This document shows, one piece after another, positions 60,123 to 64,000 of a stretch of DNA of 64,000 nucleotides. A program made the position numbers and the translations under genes. Numbering within the stretch: the first letter of the stretch is position 1; every line of letters begins with the position of its first letter. The notes under the pieces were generated by a model. It worked only from the letters and a program-made list of their open reading frames with translations, did no database searches and had not been told where the DNA came from. Source of the stretch: an uncultured Ignavibacteria bacterium (lineage in GTDB: Bacteria > Zixibacteria > MSB-5A5 > CAIYYT01); NCBI GenBank assembly GCA_964520555.1, contig CAZFNN010000001.1:393761-457760 (forward strand), written 5' to 3'.

Positions 60123-60355
60123 ACCCGTGTCATCACCGATTCGATTCCCCGCGTTCCCTGATGTCCCTTTCATGTTTGATCCCTCACATTCGGCACCGTG
60201 ATTATTGCAATACCGGAGGATTCGAATCTTCTTGACAACAACGACCCTTTTGACCATCCTCAGTCCCAGTGACCATAATGGAGGCAACGGTCGCTTAAGC
60301 TTGAGTCATCTGACTGCCGGTGGCCGCCGCCCCTGATCCGCTAAGGAGGCCGCAC

Positions 60356-62305
60356 ATGTCGAAGATTCCCGCCCGGCCCGCGAGTCTGCTCGTCGGTGTC
60401 GCTCTCTGCATCGCTCTGTCTTCAATCCCGCCCGCTCTCTTCGGCGCCGACATCAAGTACGGCCAGATCAGCGCTGCCGAGTGGGCGCTGCAGCCGCCGC
60501 CGGGATCAGCCCCCACACCGGCCATCGTCCTCTACAAAGGCGGCTCGCTGCGCGTTGGCGGCGGTGAAGCCAAGGCGGAACGCCATTTCCGCTTCAAAAT
60601 CCTGAATCGCCTCGCCGTCGACAAACTGGTCAATGTCGAGATCGCCGTCAGCAAGTACGAACACTTCGGCGACTTCCGCGCGCAAACGATTCTTCCCAAC
60701 GGCAAGAAGTTCCCGATCAGCGTCTTCGAGCTCAAGAAGAAGAAACTTGGGGATAGCTACCAGGTTTACTCCTTCGCCTTCCCGCGCGTCGAAGACGGCT
60801 GCATCATAGAGTACCAGTACGACATCTCCGGTCAGAAAGACGCCTGGTTCTTCAATTGGAACTTCCAGAACGACTACTTCACCTGCCGCTCTGATTTCTC
60901 ATTTGCGACCGCCGATTACCTGATCTACAACAGCGTTCTCGTCAGCATTCCCGATTCCTTGCGCAAGCCGGCCGAGGATGACGTCCGCATCGACCGCCGC
61001 GGCAGCAAGAAATTCACCTGGACGCTGACCGATATCCCCCCCCGTGTGGCCGAGCCCTTTGCCGGCGCCCGCCTGAACTACGCCCCCAGTATCTACCTCC
61101 AGTTGGTCGGTTACAAGAGTTTCTGGACCGAACTCGCCATCAACTACGTCAAGGACTGGGCGGACATGAGCAATTACTTGATCGACTACTTCAAATCGGC
61201 CCTCGATTCGCTCGAGGGCGTCAAGCCTCTCGTTGATTCTCTGCTCGCCGGCGTTGGCACTAATGCCCGGCGCCAAATCGGTATCTTGCACGCCTATGTC
61301 TGCGATAGCGTCGCGACCACCACCGAAGCCACCGAACTGGCTATTCCGACCCGAAATGTCGCCGCCTGCCTCCGCGAGCGCATCGGCACCGCCATCGACA
61401 AGAACCTGCTCCTCATCGCCATGTTGCGCGTCGCGCAATTCCAGGCCGATGTCTATATGTGCGCCGGCCGCGATTTTGCCTACTTCAACCCGAATGTACT
61501 CAATGCCGCGCAGTTCAACCATGTCCTCTGCCTCTGTTCGATCGGCCAGACAAATTATCTGCTTGACAGTTCAACCCGCGACTGCCCCTTCCCGTACTTG
61601 CCGGCCAACCTTCGCTCAGTCGGGGGGCTGCGCATCGGCACCGGCGGCTGGGACACCACCGCAGTCGCGCCCCGCGATTGGCCCAGCGGCATCAACTGCA
61701 GCGCCGCGATGACACTCCATGCCGATGGCCGTGCCTCCTGCACGACGCACGTGACGCTTACCGGCTACTACCAGAGGCGCTTCGCCTCCTCAGCGTCCGA
61801 CAACCCGACCACCGATGACATCGTCGCTTTCCTGCCCGCCCTGCGCGGCAAATCCCTCGAACTCTCGCAGGCAACGCGTACAACCGATTCAACTGGTGAC
61901 AGTACCACCTTTGATCTGGTGCTCGAAATCGCCGATTTCGGCATCGCCGGCGACGGCAATCTCGTCTGTACACCCAGCCTGGTCTGGACCGCGGAAACCT
62001 ATTTCCCCGATTCCGCCCGCCAGTTCCCGGTCGATTTCGGCTATCCCACATCGCGCTGCGAGAGCATCGAGATTCATTTTGATGACGGCGCCGCCATTCT
62101 TCAGACCCCGTCCGACGCTAACTCGGCCACACCCGGCCTGCTCTTCTCCCGCAGCTCACTGGTCGCCGCCACCGGCGTCCGCGTCATGAGCACGCTTTAC
62201 GTCAAAGATGATATCTACCCGCCGGAGGAATACCCGCAGGTCAAGCGGTTCTTCGACGGGATCGCCCTCAACGTGCGCGAACCGATAACTCTGAAGGTCG
62301 ACTGA
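60356..62305 (+). CDS. Secreted DUF3857 + transglutaminase-like domain protein lacking the catalytic Cys (pseudo-enzyme paralog)
   Basis: An AAGGAGG RBS lies 6 nt upstream of the ATG at 60356 (MSKIPARPASLLVGVALCIAL…). The transglutaminase-like core has …IGTAIDKNLLLIAMLRVAQF… where the paralog has GDCKDLSTLYAVFYNRIGF. His (…FNHVLCL…) and Asp (…LLDSST…) are retained. The track ORF starts at 60320. Confidence 0.55.
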   Translation: MSKIPARPASLLVGVALCIALSSIPPALFGADIKYGQISAAEWALQPPPGSAPTPAIVLYKGGSLRVGGGEAKAERHFRFKILNRLAVDKLVNVEIAVSKYEHFGDFRAQTILPNGKKFPISVFELKKKKLGDSYQVYSFAFPRVEDGCIIEYQYDISGQKDAWFFNWNFQNDYFTCRSDFSFATADYLIYNSVLVSIPDSLRKPAEDDVRIDRRGSKKFTWTLTDIPPRVAEPFAGARLNYAPSIYLQLVGYKSFWTELAINYVKDWADMSNYLIDYFKSALDSLEGVKPLVDSLLAGVGTNARRQIGILHAYVCDSVATTTEATELAIPTRNVAACLRERIGTAIDKNLLLIAMLRVAQFQADVYMCAGRDFAYFNPNVLNAAQFNHVLCLCSIGQTNYLLDSSTRDCPFPYLPANLRSVGGLRIGTGGWDTTAVAPRDWPSGINCSAAMTLHADGRASCTTHVTLTGYYQRRFASSASDNPTTDDIVAFLPALRGKSLELSQATRTTDSTGDSTTFDLVLEIADFGIAGDGNLVCTPSLVWTAETYFPDSARQFPVDFGYPTSRCESIEIHFDDGAAILQTPSDANSATPGLLFSRSSLVAATGVRVMSTLYVKDDIYPPEEYPQVKRFFDGIALNVREPITLKVD

Positions 62306-64000
62306 ATGCGCTCCTTCGCCGTCGGCCTCACGCTCTTCGTCTTCTCGCTCCTCGTGGCGCCGCTCGCGATTGCCGAATCACTCGGCGATTCGGTCGCAGC
62401 AACCCCCGCCGTCACCGACACCGCCGTCGCCTACATCATCGCCGACAGCGCTTTCTACAGCATTAACGCTCACGGCGCCGGAACCCTGCGCCACCGCTTG
62501 ATCGTTCGGATTAACTCCGCCAAGGCACGGGCGGAGGCCCGAATCGAACTCGAAGACTCCCGGCTCAATAAACTTCTCCGTGCGCGCGGTGCGCTGTATG
62601 ACCGCGATGGTAAGCTCGTCGATTCCCTGACCACGCTCTCCGCCTTCTTCAAAGTCTGCGGCTTCGGCCCGCAGTTCGCCCTCTATACCGATATCTGCGC
62701 TTTCAACGGCGAATTCAAAGACATTGCACCGCCCTTTACCGTCGATTGGGAATCGGAGTTCGAAATCAAAACCCTGGCTTTCTGGACCGGCTGGTGGCCC
62801 CGCCAGGACCTCTACCTCCAAACCGGCTACTGCGAATTCCGGCACGCATTGGACGATCCAATGCGTTACCTCCCGATCGGCAACGTCACCACCCTTGACT
62901 CCAGCCTCACGGCGTCGGCCGTCACCCACCGATGGCTCATTACCAACCAGCCTGCGCCCGACCTCGATCGGGCTACGCCCTGGCCATACCGGTATCTCTC
63001 CCGCGTCTTGATCTCCCCGCGCCGCTGCCGCTTCGGCGGCGAAGAATTCGTCGGCGACTCCTGGCAGTCGCTCGCCGCCGGCTATGCCCGAATCATCAAA
63101 GACGCCTTCAAATCCTCCAACGCACAGAAGTCCTTCATCGAGGGGATTCAAAAATCCGGCGCCAGCGATCTTGCCGACGAAGTCCATCGCACCATCGCCC
63201 GCCGCCTGCGCTACCTCGCCATCTACCCTGAACTCGGCGGCTGGATTCCGCATCCCGCCAGCGAAACCTTCGACAACGGCTACGGCGACTGCAAAGACCT
63301 TTCCACGCTCTATGCCGTGTTCTACAACCGCATCGGCTTTGAGACTCGGCTGGTCGCGCTGGCCACCCGCAATAGCGAAATCGTCCCCGCCGACTTCCCG
63401 ACCCTTGGTCTGTTCAATCACGTGATCCTGCTCCTGATCTCCGGTACCGATTCCGTTTGGGTCGATCCAACCTGCTTCGACTGCGCCGTCGGCGATCTGC
63501 CCTTTACCGATGAAGGCCTTCCCGCCCTCGTCATCGACCCGATCAACGGCGCCCTCGTGACCACGCCGGCCTCAACCAGTGTCGACAACGTCATGCGCCG
63601 CTGGGCCCGTCTGATGATCGCTCCCGATTTGACCGTGACAGCTTCCTTAATTGTCGAGTTCCGCGGCAATCTCGCGCATCACCTCGAGGCCTGGATTGGT
63701 GAATCCGATCCTGCCGTCGCCAAAGCCAAAATCCGCACGATCGCCGGATTGGGACGCGAGAGCGAAATCGATCTCGCCTCCGCCCGCATCGTCTCACACG
63801 ACCTCAGCCGCACCGTTGTCGCCTTCAACTGCCGCCTCCTCAACGCCGCCCGTGCCGTCGGCGCCTCACGCATCCTCGATCTCGGCAGTCTGGCGCTCTT
63901 CAGTCCGCCGGAACTCAGCGACCTGTCACGCCGTCGCTTTCCGATCGAACTCGGCACGCCCCGAACGCTGCAGGACTCGATCTTCGTCGACCTGCCCACC
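62306..64000 (+). CDS. Secreted DUF3857 + transglutaminase-like cysteine protease-fold protein (catalytic Cys present); C-terminus runs off the window
   Basis: I hand-translated from the ATG at 62306, which overlaps the previous stop, and found no stop before the window end. Signal peptide MRSFAVGLTLFVFSLLVAPLAIA. Core motifs are …NGYGDCKDLSTLYAVFYNRIGFETRLV… (Cys), …FNHVILLLISGTDSVWVDPT… (His, Asp). Confidence 0.6.
   Translation, partial: MRSFAVGLTLFVFSLLVAPLAIAESLGDSVAATPAVTDTAVAYIIADSAFYSINAHGAGTLRHRLIVRINSAKARAEARIELEDSRLNKLLRARGALYDRDGKLVDSLTTLSAFFKVCGFGPQFALYTDICAFNGEFKDIAPPFTVDWESEFEIKTLAFWTGWWPRQDLYLQTGYCEFRHALDDPMRYLPIGNVTTLDSSLTASAVTHRWLITNQPAPDLDRATPWPYRYLSRVLISPRRCRFGGEEFVGDSWQSLAAGYARIIKDAFKSSNAQKSFIEGIQKSGASDLADEVHRTIARRLRYLAIYPELGGWIPHPASETFDNGYGDCKDLSTLYAVFYNRIGFETRLVALATRNSEIVPADFPTLGLFNHVILLLISGTDSVWVDPTCFDCAVGDLPFTDEGLPALVIDPINGALVTTPASTSVDNVMRRWARLMIAPDLTVTASLIVEFRGNLAHHLEAWIGESDPAVAKAKIRTIAGLGRESEIDLASARIVSHDLSRTVVAFNCRLLNAARAVGASRILDLGSLALFSPPELSDLSRRRFPIELGTPRTLQDSIFVDLPT

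Overview
This is a high-GC (roughly 60-65%), gene-dense bacterial window. Almost all genes sit on the minus strand, and most plus-strand ORFs in the track are antisense artefacts of GC-rich coding DNA. Three large proteins end in the Bacteroidetes-type type IX secretion (T9SS) C-terminal sorting domain (…VYFYRL/FETDGF.KT.KM.L.K / …VVLK). A gingipain-family (C25) PorU-like gene sits directly next to a PorV-like beta-barrel gene. The organism is therefore probably an FCB-superphylum (possibly candidate-phylum) bacterium with a T9SS. I recognise these modules, left to right: (1) a partial GspD/PilQ-family secretin and an OPT oligopeptide transporter; (2) a DUF2233-like secreted protein and a pseudo-receiver + DUF4388 protein; (3) a DUF3570/DUF4266 pair plus a small outer-membrane protein (OMP); (4) a PilZ protein, two tandem cohesin-dockerin-like secreted proteins and a 1872-aa beta-helix T9SS cargo; (5) a bacillithiol biosynthesis cluster bshB-bshA-bshC; (6) a TetR-TolC-MFP-RND efflux operon with a candidate operator palindrome; (7) CorA and an LPG-synthase-TM-like membrane protein; (8) an extended Bat (aerotolerance-like) operon (MoxR-DUF58-[GT-C glycosyltransferase]-DUF4381-like-BatA-BatB-BatC-BatD-BatE) with poly-Gln tracts encoded by CAG/CTG repeats; (9) a UbiA prenyltransferase; (10) a surface/secretion supercluster: a POTRA-Omp85 protein translationally coupled to a 1097-aa beta-rich protein, an NHL lipoprotein, two paralogous small OMPs, an M6 metalloprotease (CTD), a PorV-like barrel with a large propeller insertion, and a PorU-like C25 peptidase (CTD); (11) a plus-strand LRR lipoprotein and two tandem DUF3857/transglutaminase-like proteins, the first lacking the catalytic Cys. 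Genes from 58108 down to 28951 form an almost gap-free co-directional array of about 29 kb. I found no tRNA, rRNA, CRISPR array or recognisable mobile element.
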